Positions 54,421-64,000 of a stretch of 64,000 nt of DNA are shown piece after piece. The translations under genes were made by a program, and so were the position numbers. Origin of the DNA: Nitrosopumilus sp. Lineage in GTDB: Archaea > Thermoproteota > Nitrososphaeria > Nitrososphaerales > Nitrosopumilaceae. How positions within the stretch are numbered: position 1 is the first letter of the stretch; each line of letters starts with the position of its first letter. The stretch spans positions 32,001 to 96,000 of the forward strand of contig OZ242186.1 in the NCBI GenBank assembly GCA_965205675.1, in the 5' to 3' direction. The notes beneath the pieces are model-generated. The model was not told the origin of the DNA. It ran no database searches and saw nothing but the letters and a program-made list of their open reading frames with translations.

Positions 54421-54554
54421 TTTATTCTATGTTTTTTTTATGTGAATATCAACGCTTCTTGCGTAATTATACTTGAAGTAATTCTTTGAAATGATAATTA
54501 TTTGCAATATTGAAAATAATCTTAGCTGTTTAATTAACTAAATTGTGCCTTTAC

Positions 54555-55700
54555 AATATGAGATTTTCTTACTATTATTATCAATTTTTTTAATTTGTCC
54601 CAACCTCTGTATGTACCGAAGAATATATCATTGATATTCCACTTTGTGCATATAATCCTGAACTAAATACTTTAGGCAGAAGTGTGGGTATGTTCCACCT
54701 CAACTGTACGTAATTATTGGTACTACAATTACCTAGTATACTGATGACAATGAAGATCATACCGTAACAAGTGGAGAAAGTTAAGGAAGATTTGATCGTA
54801 CAAGCGACAATTTTGGAAAATCTAATGATATTTTTGATAATTGCAGATTTATGTCAGGCACATCATGATCATACAAATTTGAATAATCTGGAACGTTTTA
54901 TTATTATTGTACAATTTATTATTATTGTACAATTTATCTTTGGATGGAAAGAGTTGTTATATTTGAAAAACAAATCCCTGATTATCTACACGATGCAACT
55001 GGTACAAAATTAAAATTTTCTTTGTTGCAATATACTCCTGATAAAAATATAAAAGTAAATCTAATTTGGGATCCACCTATGATTAAAACCCATGAAAAAA
55101 TTCAATTTATTTATCATTTTTGTGATCTAAAAATAAATTCTAATCTTACAGAAATGAAATACAATTTTATAATATTTCAAAATGAACAAAAACTCTTTAG
55201 AGATGAAAATTAAATCCGATTGGTATAGATTATAGAAATTTTATTTAGTAGACGTCTTGCGTAATTATTTCTAGGCGTGAATTTTGCTGGAGGATTTTTC
55301 AAATTGGTTGAAAAATTTGAATTTTCAGGTATGAATTCTGTTAAAATACAAAATTTGAGAAAAAATCTCTATAATTACGCAAGAGGTCTAGTGAATCAGA
55401 TTCTATCATAATTAGAACAGAAGGCATTCATTCACTTTCAGTTTTAGCTGAAGACAGTATTACTGTATTTGGAGATATTCAAAGCAGAGAACAACATTCT
55501 GTCGATTTTACTACAGCCGGTTTATAATAACACTAAAAAATTATCTCATGAAAATTATCATACAAAACCAGCTCAATGACTAACTATTTACTATGAATTC
55601 ATGCTATTCATCATTTTTGCTCCTGGCATCATACTTGTTGTTGCCTTACTTTGATTAAAGAGACAACCAAAGATCAAACACCTAGTACTGTTAAAATATA
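54555..55700 (+). pseudogene. plastocyanin/cupredoxin-domain protein pseudogene interrupted by MITE A
   Basis: EEYIIDIP..AYNPELNT, HTVTSG, YYCTI..WM, IPDY.HDATG, WDPP in broken frames. Confidence 0.7.
55250..55389. mobile_element. MITE family A copy
   Basis: Reverse complement of 40593-40732; TSD AGT. Confidence 0.92.
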
Positions 55701-55736
55701 AAATAATAAAAAGAAATTAGAAATTGATGAACTAAT

Positions 55737-56036
55737 CTAATCGATTAGTTCAGTCCAACCTTTGACGAAGACTGAGTTCTTGTAGAGCGGAACTGGTTGT
55801 CCAACAGTAAAATCTATTGGTCTCATCCAAAAGATTGCTTTTGTTGGGCACACACCAATGCATGCACCATCAGAAATACATCTTTCTGGGTAAAAGACAA
55901 ATGCTTTACCTCTCTTCCAGCCTTCAACTGGTTTTACTCTAAGGACATCTGGTCCAAGTGTGGTACAGATTTCTACACATAGTGCACATCCAATACACAT
56001 TTGTTCGCTGATGTCTGGAATAATTCCTACTGGCAT
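55737..56036 (-). CDS. 4Fe-4S dicluster ferredoxin
   Basis: CIGCALCVEIC and CISDGACIGVCP. Confidence 0.92.
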   Translation of the reverse strand: MPVGIIPDISEQMCIGCALCVEICTTLGPDVLRVKPVEGWKRGKAFVFYPERCISDGACIGVCPTKAIFWMRPIDFTVGQPVPLYKNSVFVKGWTELID

Positions 56037-56089
56037 AACAAAATTATTTCTTGATTTGGTCTTAATATAATTTGCCTAAAAATATCATC

Positions 56090-56125
56090 TTATAACGGCG
56101 TTTGATATTTTATAACGGTGTTTGA
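56090..56125. promoter_or_regulatory. direct-repeat pair upstream of the ferredoxin gene
   Basis: TTATAACGGCGTTTGA and TTATAACGGTGTTTGA with 20-bp period. Confidence 0.5.
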
Positions 56126-56179
56126 ATTTCTGATCGCAATATTTGAGTTTGAGAAGATTCCTTTTTCCTACTCTATATT

Positions 56180-56761
56180 CTAGTTTGATTGATTCAATGT
56201 ATGAATTATTAAACTATTTTTAATTTTTTTAAGAAAATAGAGCCCCGTTTTCTCTGATTTGATAATGTGTTTTCCACCCGGTGATAATATCCACTTATTA
56301 TTTTCTTTCTTTCGTGCCATTCCAGTTATTATGATTGATGATTCACAATGATTTCCAATTGATGATAGTAGCATTATACATGAATTAATAAATCTGGTAG
56401 ATTCCAACTCATCAAACAAATTGTACATGCCATTGATTGAATCAATAATTACTAATAGTTTCTCTTTTGATGATTTAACAATAATTTCTGCTAATTCTTT
56501 TTTCCAATTAATCTTGCTTGGATAAAAAATTGTTAATTTTTCTTTTTTTTGCATCATCTGGGATTGAACATATCCAGTATAAAGCAAGTCCATATCGATG
56601 AAAATTATTTCATCTTCGGTTGAATTGATTAATCTATTAAGAAATTCAATTTTATGGAATGGTTTTGAACATAAAATAACATTTGGATTATTCTGTTCAA
56701 ATTTAATTCGAATTTGTGTTAAATCATTATCTATAACTTGCTCAGGATTTTTATCCAACAC
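56180..56761 (-). CDS. hypothetical protein, degenerate RecA/P-loop-like
   Basis: IFIDMD and LVIIDSING strand motifs. Confidence 0.6.
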   Translation of the reverse strand: MLDKNPEQVIDNDLTQIRIKFEQNNPNVILCSKPFHKIEFLNRLINSTEDEIIFIDMDLLYTGYVQSQMMQKKEKLTIFYPSKINWKKELAEIIVKSSKEKLLVIIDSINGMYNLFDELESTRFINSCIMLLSSIGNHCESSIIITGMARKKENNKWILSPGGKHIIKSEKTGLYFLKKIKNSLIIHTLNQSN

Positions 56762-56787
56762 TACATTAGTATTTTACAGATATAATA

Positions 56788-57939
56788 ATGAATTTGATAT
56801 CAAAAGATATTTCTGATGATTTTCCATCATCTGAGAAAATTTATCTAAATAATGCATCTGTTTCTTTAATGCCTATCCAAAGTATTGAGGCCATGAAAGA
56901 ATTTTTAATTACATATAATTCCATTGGTCCAGATTCAAAAGAATCTGAACCTTTTATTAGTGAAAAATTACGAAATGTGAGAAAGACTATTGCTAAAATT
57001 ATTTCTTGCCAACCTGATGAAGTAATTCTTACTCAAAGTACAACTGATGGAATTAATTTTGTAGCTAATGGATTATCATTTAATAATAATTCTAATATTG
57101 TAATTCGTGGAATGACACACGAGCACCATTCTAATTTTTATCCATGGATTAAACTAAAAGAAAAAATTTCAATAAAAAATTTACCAATTGATGAAAATGG
57201 TTTTTTTATATTTGATGATTTGAAATTATCTATTGATAATAATACAAAATTGGTTGCATTAAGTCATGCATTATACAATACAGGTTCAATTATGCCTGTA
57301 AAAGAAATAGGAAAATTCCTTGAAAATAAGGTTCCATTCTTTATTGACAGTGCTCAAACTATAGGTTGTATTGGAGACATTGATGTCTCAAAAATTAAAT
57401 GTGATTTCATGTCTTTTAATGGATCTAAATGGATGTGTGGTCCTATGGGTACAGGATTATTTTACTGTAAAAAAAATTCTAGTGAACTATTAGAACCCAA
57501 AACTATTGGTGGCGAGTCTGCAATTATTTATGATGATTCAAAATTAGCATACAAAGAATTACCAGACAAATTCCAAACTGGATTTAGAAACTATGTAGGT
57601 ATTGTTGGGTTAGAATCATCTGCAAATTATTTATTAAAATTTGGTATGAATAACATACGTGACAAAAATCAATACCTATCAAATCTTTTCAGAGAAGAAT
57701 TATTAAAAATTCCAAACATCATTTTATATGGACCAGAAGATCCAAATGTTAGAACAAGTATCATTTCCTTTAACATCAAAGGATTTGATTCACAATATGT
57801 GATTGATAAACTTGAAAAACAAAATATTGTTTTAGCAATAAGAGAAATAATGGATAAAAAAATCATACGAGCATCACCTCATTTTTTCAATACTGAATCT
57901 CAGATACTTGAGGTAATTGATGTAATTAAGAAACTATAG
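56788..57939 (+). CDS. class V PLP-dependent aminotransferase (cysteine desulfurase-like)
   Basis: YLNNAS, STTDG, EHHSN, DSAQ, GSKWMCGP, RASPHFFN. Confidence 0.88.
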   Translation: MNLISKDISDDFPSSEKIYLNNASVSLMPIQSIEAMKEFLITYNSIGPDSKESEPFISEKLRNVRKTIAKIISCQPDEVILTQSTTDGINFVANGLSFNNNSNIVIRGMTHEHHSNFYPWIKLKEKISIKNLPIDENGFFIFDDLKLSIDNNTKLVALSHALYNTGSIMPVKEIGKFLENKVPFFIDSAQTIGCIGDIDVSKIKCDFMSFNGSKWMCGPMGTGLFYCKKNSSELLEPKTIGGESAIIYDDSKLAYKELPDKFQTGFRNYVGIVGLESSANYLLKFGMNNIRDKNQYLSNLFREELLKIPNIILYGPEDPNVRTSIISFNIKGFDSQYVIDKLEKQNIVLAIREIMDKKIIRASPHFFNTESQILEVIDVIKKL

Positions 57940-58206
57940 ATTTCCTTGTTCTTCTATTACCATCATTGTTAGTGTTGATTGAACTTTGCTAATCTTTCTA
58001 ACTTTGTTGGTAATAATTGCACGTAGTTTTTCAGCATCATCAGATGATAATTTTAGGACGATGTCATATACTCCGTACACGCCTTGAATTTCAAACTTGA
58101 TATCTTCTTCTGCAAGAATTTGTTTTACTTCATTGATGATTGATTCATCTGATCCTAAATCAGAATTTAATAGAACATACGCTGTAGGCACAAGGGGTTT
58201 TTTCAT
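57934..58206 (-). CDS. Lrp/AsnC ligand-binding (RAM) domain protein
   Basis: AYVLLN..VYGVYDIVLK..VRKI..VQSTLTM. Confidence 0.88.
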   Translation of the reverse strand: MKKPLVPTAYVLLNSDLGSDESIINEVKQILAEEDIKFEIQGVYGVYDIVLKLSSDDAEKLRAIITNKVRKISKVQSTLTMMVIEEQGNL

Positions 58207-58266
58207 GAGACAGTATTTAACCTTTCATTGTTCAAAGTTGATTAATCTTCAACACATTGTAATAGT

Positions 58267-58908
58267 GTGAAGTCAATAGATTTATCACTTACAATATCCG
58301 AATCTATCCCAAGTTTTCCTGGTTCTCCTACTCCACAATTCATTAGTTGGTCTGACATTAACGATGACGGCTATAATCTTGAATTATTATTTCTAAGTTC
58401 ACACACAGGAACACATCTTGATGCACCATATCATTTTGTTAAAAACGGTCAAAAAATCCATCAAATTCCACTTGATAGATTAATTGGGAAAGCTGTTCTA
58501 ATAAAACTCAAAAAAATAAAAAATACATCAATTACAAAATCAGACATAATATTATTTGAAAAAAAGAACGGTAAAATTCCAAACCACTCTTCAGTTTTTT
58601 TCTTTACAAACTGGCAAAAAAATTTGAAAAAAAATAATTATTTTACTGAAAATCCAGGTCTAGATACATCCTCTGCAAAATATCTTGCATCTAAAAAAAT
58701 CAATTTAGTTGGAATTGATTCTCCCAGCATAGATCTTGGAAAAGATGAATCATTTACTGTACATTATATCTTATCAAAAAATAATATTCTGATAGTAGAA
58801 AATTTAACAAATATGGATAAAATATCATCTACAAAGTTCAATTTTACAATTCTCCCATTGAAACTAAAGGATGCAACAGGTTCACCTGTACGCGCAATAG
58901 CGTCATAG
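58267..58908 (+). CDS. cyclase family metal-dependent hydrolase (kynurenine formamidase-like)
   Basis: HTGTHLDAPYH, GIDSPSID, ENL, GSPVRA. Confidence 0.9.
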   Translation: MKSIDLSLTISESIPSFPGSPTPQFISWSDINDDGYNLELLFLSSHTGTHLDAPYHFVKNGQKIHQIPLDRLIGKAVLIKLKKIKNTSITKSDIILFEKKNGKIPNHSSVFFFTNWQKNLKKNNYFTENPGLDTSSAKYLASKKINLVGIDSPSIDLGKDESFTVHYILSKNNILIVENLTNMDKISSTKFNFTILPLKLKDATGSPVRAIAS

Positions 58909-58959
58909 AACATATTTGATTTCGTAATACTAAAAATATAGAATAATTATGAATTCATC

Positions 58960-59454
58960 ATGAGTAAACCTGGAAATATTTGGAGAAAGGTTCATGGTAA
59001 AATTACTAAAAAACCTACAAACTTTTCTTGGTTGATTGAAGAAAAATTAGCAGGTTCAGGTATTCCCACAAGCACAGATGAATTCAATTGGATTTTAAAT
59101 CAAGGTGTAAAGTCAATTGTAACTATGACTGAACAGGCATTACCTAATGATTGGGTACAAAATATTGATTATCTTCATATACCAACCCCTGATTTGACAG
59201 CTCCTGACATGGGTAGAATAGATTTAGCAGTAGATTTCATACATGAACAAATCAAAACTGATCAAGCTGTAATGGTTCATTGTGCAGCGGGAATGGGAAG
59301 AGCAGGAACAATACTTGCATGTTATTTTATCAAATACAAAAAATTTTCAGCTAATGCTGCAATTAAAAAAATTCGAGATAAAAGACCTGGTTCAATCCAA
59401 TCTAAAGTACAAGAATTAGCTATTGGATTTTATGAAAAACATGTAAGGAATTAG
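58960..59454 (+). CDS. dual-specificity protein phosphatase
   Basis: VHCAAGMGRAGT catalytic loop, RPGSIQ. Confidence 0.92.
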   Translation: MSKPGNIWRKVHGKITKKPTNFSWLIEEKLAGSGIPTSTDEFNWILNQGVKSIVTMTEQALPNDWVQNIDYLHIPTPDLTAPDMGRIDLAVDFIHEQIKTDQAVMVHCAAGMGRAGTILACYFIKYKKFSANAAIKKIRDKRPGSIQSKVQELAIGFYEKHVRN

Positions 59455-59455
59455 T

Positions 59456-59602
59456 TTAAACAAATTCTGAAACTAATTTTCCATCCACGACTTTAATTTT
59501 TAAGGTTTTATCCTCTTGAAAAATTAAAGTTAGTCCACCGTCTGCATCAGGATCTTCTACTTTAACAAGTTCTAACATTTTGATTGGGTCAAATTTTTCC
59601 AT
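59456..59602 (-). CDS. small protein (48 aa), paralogue of its neighbour
   Basis: MEKFDPIKMLELVKVEDPDADGGLTLIFQEDKTLKIKVVDGKLVSEFV; below the ORF-track cutoff. Confidence 0.7.
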   Translation of the reverse strand: MEKFDPIKMLELVKVEDPDADGGLTLIFQEDKTLKIKVVDGKLVSEFV

Positions 59603-59611
59603 TCATATCAC

Positions 59612-59764
59612 CTATTCTGGAATTGATACGGTCTCAATTTTGCCATCAATTGCTTTAATGAACATAAACCTGTTATCTTTGAAGATAAATGTAATTCCTC
59701 CTTCTTTGTCAGGCTCTTCAACTTCAAGTATTGGTTGTCCTAACAGACCATCATATTTTGCCAT
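59612..59764 (-). CDS. small protein (50 aa), paralogue of its neighbour
   Basis: MAKYDGLLGQPILEVEEPDKEGGITFIFKDNRFMFIKAIDGKIETVSIPE. Confidence 0.7.
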   Translation of the reverse strand: MAKYDGLLGQPILEVEEPDKEGGITFIFKDNRFMFIKAIDGKIETVSIPE

Positions 59765-59932
59765 TAATAATTACCCAAAAAAGTTCCTTATATCCCTAAT
59801 TGACTGGAATATTTTTTTATAATAACCGCTTTTTCAGGCATGTTTAGCTTCAAAATGTAACTGTACAACACTGATTTTACAGTTAATTCTTTTTTAATAT
59901 TTCATTTTTTATCATAATCTGATATTGAGTAT

Positions 59933-60208
59933 ATGACAGTCAAAAAATCCTTACAATTACTTGATTTTCTAATTGATTATGAAACAAGAATGCATACTGC
60001 CATGAGTGACCCATCAAAATCCTGGAATATTGGAGATGATAGTATAGGCAAACTTGCAAAGACACTTTCAGACTGTCATAAAGACAATATCCGAGTTTTG
60101 GATATAATCAAAAAAGAATTAGTTCCAAATTGTAAACATCCAAAAAAGATGAGAGATAAGACTGCTGATGGGCAATGGTATTGTATGAATTGTAATTTAG
60201 ATCTCTAA
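59933..60208 (+). CDS. hypothetical protein with C-terminal Zn-ribbon
   Basis: CKHP...WYCMNC. Confidence 0.65.
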   Translation: MTVKKSLQLLDFLIDYETRMHTAMSDPSKSWNIGDDSIGKLAKTLSDCHKDNIRVLDIIKKELVPNCKHPKKMRDKTADGQWYCMNCNLDL

Positions 60209-60233
60209 TTTCATGACTAAATAATATGAAATT

Positions 60234-60890
60234 TTATTCTTCAATACAATCGTTGAATGAATCTACACCATCAAATTCAATTTTTCCTATACATGGATCA
60301 TAAATTCTCTTAAAATTCTCTGGTCTGCTTATTGTCTTTATTCCAGCAAATGCTCGAATATTGGCATTTGGGAATGCATCTCTCAGTCTATTTGCAGCTC
60401 CAATGAATGTAGATCCTCTGGTTATGAAATCATCTATTAGTAAAATTTCATCAGGTTCAGAAAGTTCTTTTTGAACTGCCATCGTATCATAATGTTCTTG
60501 AGCTTTTGGTCTGTTTACATTTGAACTTGTATGGGATTTTCGTAAAGGACTTGTACGTTCAAGACATGAACTGACTTTCTTTCCTAGACCATTATTCACT
60601 AAAGCAGTTGCTAAACGTTGTGGAACCCAAAGTGTATTTGCTTTAGTAAGAGAACTACTTGGAGTTGGAATAAGGATAGAATTTGCTTTAAAGAAATGAG
60701 CAAAAGGAAGTTTTTCTAAATTATTCTTAATTCCTTTTGCTATGTATTCTGTCATCAGAATGTTTTCTTTTTCTAAATATCCATCACTCTTCAATTTTGC
60801 TTTAAATGTTCTTGAACGAGCCTCTTCCTCTGTATTTCCACGAGGGGAATATGTAAGAAGAGATCCAAAATCAATATTATTAATTTTCAT
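60234..60890 (-). CDS. type I phosphoribosyltransferase (ComF-like)
   Basis: LIPTPSS, LER, ILLIDDFITRGSTF PRPP-binding loop. Confidence 0.88.
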   Translation of the reverse strand: MKINNIDFGSLLTYSPRGNTEEEARSRTFKAKLKSDGYLEKENILMTEYIAKGIKNNLEKLPFAHFFKANSILIPTPSSSLTKANTLWVPQRLATALVNNGLGKKVSSCLERTSPLRKSHTSSNVNRPKAQEHYDTMAVQKELSEPDEILLIDDFITRGSTFIGAANRLRDAFPNANIRAFAGIKTISRPENFKRIYDPCIGKIEFDGVDSFNDCIEE

Positions 60891-61591
60891 TATTGAAATA
60901 CATCAATTACTTCAAAACGTGTTGGTAGTACTTCAAGTATATCTGATGGATCAGATAGTTCTACTGCTCCATGTTCAATCATTTCTGTAGGCCAATCTAA
61001 TTCTTTGTCGTTCACAACAGATTCCCATATGAATAATGGTCTTCCCATTCTGAGAGTTTCCCACCCTTGATGTTTTGAACCACTTGTTTTTCCAGCTTCT
61101 ACAATTACTGAAGCATCAGAAATAAGTGCCATTGTCCTATTTCGTATTACAAAATTTTTCCCAGTAATTGGATAACCTGTAGGGAATTGTGAAACTACTA
61201 GATGACTTTTCATTAATTCTTGTTGAAGTTCATAATTTATTTTTGGATATGCTTTGTCTAACGGTGTACCAATTACAGCAATAGTTTTCCCATTCATGTT
61301 TAATGCTGTTACATGTGCTGCAGTATCAATTCCTTCAGCAAGTCCACTAACAATAATTACTTGATTATCGATGAGCACTTTTGCAATTTTTTGAGCATTT
61401 GCAATTCCTTGTGTAGATGCTTTTCTGGAACCAATGATTGATACTTTTGGGCATGGTAATGGAATATCTAAAGAACCTTCTACGAAAAGTGGTCCTGGAT
61501 CAGCTTTTAATTCAATATCATTAAGTGGGCGACCTAGAAGTTGTGCCGCATTAATTGACGAATACTTCTTTCCCTCAAGCATTACTATCAC
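60890..61591 (-). CDS. DprA/Smf-like Rossmann-fold protein
   Basis: IIGSRKAS, IVSGLAEGIDTAAH, AVIGTPLD..YP, FVIRNRTMA, IVEAGKTSGS. Confidence 0.92.
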   Translation of the reverse strand: MIVMLEGKKYSSINAAQLLGRPLNDIELKADPGPLFVEGSLDIPLPCPKVSIIGSRKASTQGIANAQKIAKVLIDNQVIIVSGLAEGIDTAAHVTALNMNGKTIAVIGTPLDKAYPKINYELQQELMKSHLVVSQFPTGYPITGKNFVIRNRTMALISDASVIVEAGKTSGSKHQGWETLRMGRPLFIWESVVNDKELDWPTEMIEHGAVELSDPSDILEVLPTRFEVIDVFQ

Positions 61592-61747
61592 ATCTTACGA
61601 GATCTAGTCTTTTTAATGCTTTCATGATGACTTGTATTGACTAAGGGATAATTGGCAATAAATTCGTCTAACTAGGCAAAATATGCCATCTTTTGGTAAT
61701 GTAGAATCATAAGAAAAGGAATAATTCAATGAAAAATAAGTAATTTT

Positions 61748-62452
61748 ATGAAAAAATATGCCATTCCAGACACAAATATTTTCCTGCATTATGATATTTT
61801 GAGTGTAGATTGGTGTAAAGAATTAGAATCAGATGAAGTTGAAATTATCGTTTGTTCAACAGTTTTGAAAGAATTAGACAACAAAAAATCTGATGGTAAT
61901 CAGAAAATATCTGATAGAGCAACAAAAAATTTGTCTATAATAGAATCTCACAATTCAAGTAAGGAAGAGATACGAAAAAATGTAAAACTTTCTGTAAATA
62001 TCAAAGAACCATATATTGATTGGAGGGAATACGGTTTAGATTCTAGTTTGAATGATGATAGAATTTTAGGATTTATCATTGAACGAAAGAATACAGACGA
62101 TGATGTATTGATAACCAATGATCTAACTCCAAGAATAAAAGGTAAGGAAATTGGTATGTCAGTAATGAAATTAAGCTGTGAAATGTTACCTGATCCTAAA
62201 AATGAAGAACGAAAAGAATTTGAAAAAATGAAAAATAAATTACAAAAATTTGAAAATAAAATACCAGATCTATCAATCCAATTAGTTTCAGAAGAAACCA
62301 AAGGCGATCTACCCAAATTCACTCTTAAAGAAATTCAAAATCTTTCTACTAAACAAATTGAAGAAATGGTATTAAAAAAAGAACAAGAACTTAGAATAAC
62401 TTCATCTCCATCTACATTAGGTATTTCAGCATTCATGATTGATATAGTTTAG
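61748..62452 (+). CDS. PIN-domain nuclease, 3'-truncated by IS630
   Basis: PDTNIFLH, VLKELDNKK, NDDRIL, LITND; stop codon lies inside the IS end. Confidence 0.85.
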   Translation: MKKYAIPDTNIFLHYDILSVDWCKELESDEVEIIVCSTVLKELDNKKSDGNQKISDRATKNLSIIESHNSSKEEIRKNVKLSVNIKEPYIDWREYGLDSSLNDDRILGFIIERKNTDDDVLITNDLTPRIKGKEIGMSVMKLSCEMLPDPKNEERKEFEKMKNKLQKFENKIPDLSIQLVSEETKGDLPKFTLKEIQNLSTKQIEEMVLKKEQELRITSSPSTLGISAFMIDIV

Positions 62453-63379
62453 GCATATAAATTCTGAATAAACTGTCAAGTATTTTAACTCAAAAGATCT
62501 AGATCGTAGAATCAATTAATGAAACCATGTCAAAGAGTACAAGACAATCCAAGGTTTCCTCTGGGAATCAATTCATGAAAGGTACAAGCATTAATTTTTT
62601 GAGAAAAGCATGCAAGAATGAAAAAAATGCAAAAGCAAAGATAAGATTAAAGGCTGCAATACTAAGAAAACAAAATATTCCGTATTCTGTGATATGTGCA
62701 AGTCTGGATGTCATACCATCAACTCTGTCCTACTGGCTAAATCGAATGGATGAAGAGGGAATATCTGCATCACGCCGCAAGAAATATTCTGGTTCTAGAT
62801 GTTTTTTAAATGAAAAACAACTAGTATCATTAAGAAATGATCTGATTTCAGGTCCTCAGAGATTTGGATTTAATCAATTCATGTGGAGTACAAGAATGGT
62901 AATTACACATGTGAATAAAAAATACAACACCCTATACTCTGCACGTGGAATGCGAGAATTGCTACACAGAATTGGATTTTCATCTAAAAAACCACGTCCC
63001 ACACATCATAAATCAGCCTCAAAAGAGGAACAAACCCGTTTTAAAAAAACGCAAAAAGGAGTATCAAAAAATATTCCAAATTGGGACATATCACGCTATG
63101 TCTGGATGAGTCAACAAACAAGATAGCACCTAACATAAAGCGCGGATGGTATCTTGCAGAGAATAACATTACCACACCAATTAATTACACTCGAGAAAAA
63201 TTTCAATCATTTGGTGCATTGGGGAATAACGGTGTATTTTTTTGCAGGTTCTATGATAAATCAAACACAGACTCATTTCTTGATTTCTTAAAATCCTTGC
63301 AGAAACAATTTGGTAAGAAACTGTTACTGTTTGCAGACAATGCATCATACCACAAAAGTGTCAGAGTAAAAGAATTCTC
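62445..63379 (+). mobile_element. IS630-family element (ORFs 62527-63126 and 63081 onward, -1 slippery site), interrupted by IS481
   Basis: HTH, WST..IGFSSKKPRPTH, TTTAAAAAAAC, CLDES, FADNASYHKS. Confidence 0.9.
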
Positions 63380-64000
63380 TGTTCTTTCCAAAAATTATTT
63401 CGTGTCACTTTCATGAGTAATTCCTCCATAGAATACTTGGGTCTATGAGTATTTCGTTTGTTATCATCTTAGAGTGATACGCATCAGATGGTGTCTCCAT
63501 GTTATCCAAGTCTAGTGCGCCATGAACTCTAATGTGATTGTACCAATGCATAAACTGCTCCACTGACTCAAAGTATTCTATTTTACACTCAAAGATATCC
63601 CAGAACTTTTCTAGCTTACCATTTGTTTGTGGATGTCTCACTCTTGTACGAGAGTGCTTTACGTGATGTCTCATTAGTTGCTGCTCAAAGTCTACTGGCT
63701 TGTTATGATCAAGAGTATTGACATTTGATGTGAACTGTTTTCCATTATCAGATAGTACAGATGCGGGTCTACCGTGATTCTTTATTGCATCAGATAGTAC
63801 TGCAGAAGAATTCACAGATGTTGCCTCATCATACACTCCGAAACCCGTGATAAATCGTGAGGCATCATCTTCAAATGCAATTAGTTGTTTTCCTGCCCAA
63901 CGTGAATCATGTATTGTGTGCCAGTCAGTATGCCACAATGAATTTGAATATTCACGTTCATACCTAATCCACTTTCTTCTCATCTTTTTCCGTGGTTGCT
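63380..64000 (-). mobile_element. IS481-family element (rve transposase, partial)
   Basis: RYER..NSLWHTD, EDDASR, LSDNGKQF, HPQTNGKLEK, WYNHIRVH; terminal TGT at 63380. Confidence 0.9.

Noticed and set aside
59580-59822. 80-aa plus-strand ORF
   Set aside because: Antisense to two better-supported paralogous minus-strand microproteins
268-62322. Numerous short antisense or overlapping ORFs in the track (e.g. 990-1457, 9464-9724, 22069-22545, 61948-62322)
   Set aside because: They lie opposite well-supported genes and have no recognisable motifs

Overview
AT-rich archaeal chromosome segment. The gene set (CFI-box-CTERM cyclophilin, multiple TFB paralogues, plastocyanin-like gene, cdc6 next to PolD DP1) points to a Nitrosopumilus-like thaumarchaeote. 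Core genes (cdc6, PolD DP1, cbiE, hsp20-cdc48, crcB, cysC/cysQ, rnz, trm11, prs, glnA, ferredoxin) alternate with heavy, often nested insertion-sequence debris (IS110, IS5, IS630, ISH3, IS481, two MITE families) and pseudogenes, consistent with an eroding, possibly host-associated genome (inference). Highlights: (1) a ~170-200 nt non-coding element downstream of four IS110 transposase copies, in three sequence variants, with bridge-RNA-like architecture and an apparent TA core; (2) a duplicated tandem IS110A-ncRNA-IS110B unit, and three IS110A copies frameshifted at the same codon; (3) a DprA + PRTase operon beside a PIN nuclease; (4) a decaying island with SRA-like, HAD and UvrD-nuclease genes; (5) a 1566-aa secreted triple solute-binding protein with two Cache domains inserted; (6) a stand-alone structured ncRNA candidate at ~29.43-29.56 kb. 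All calls were made by eye, with no database searches or folding runs.
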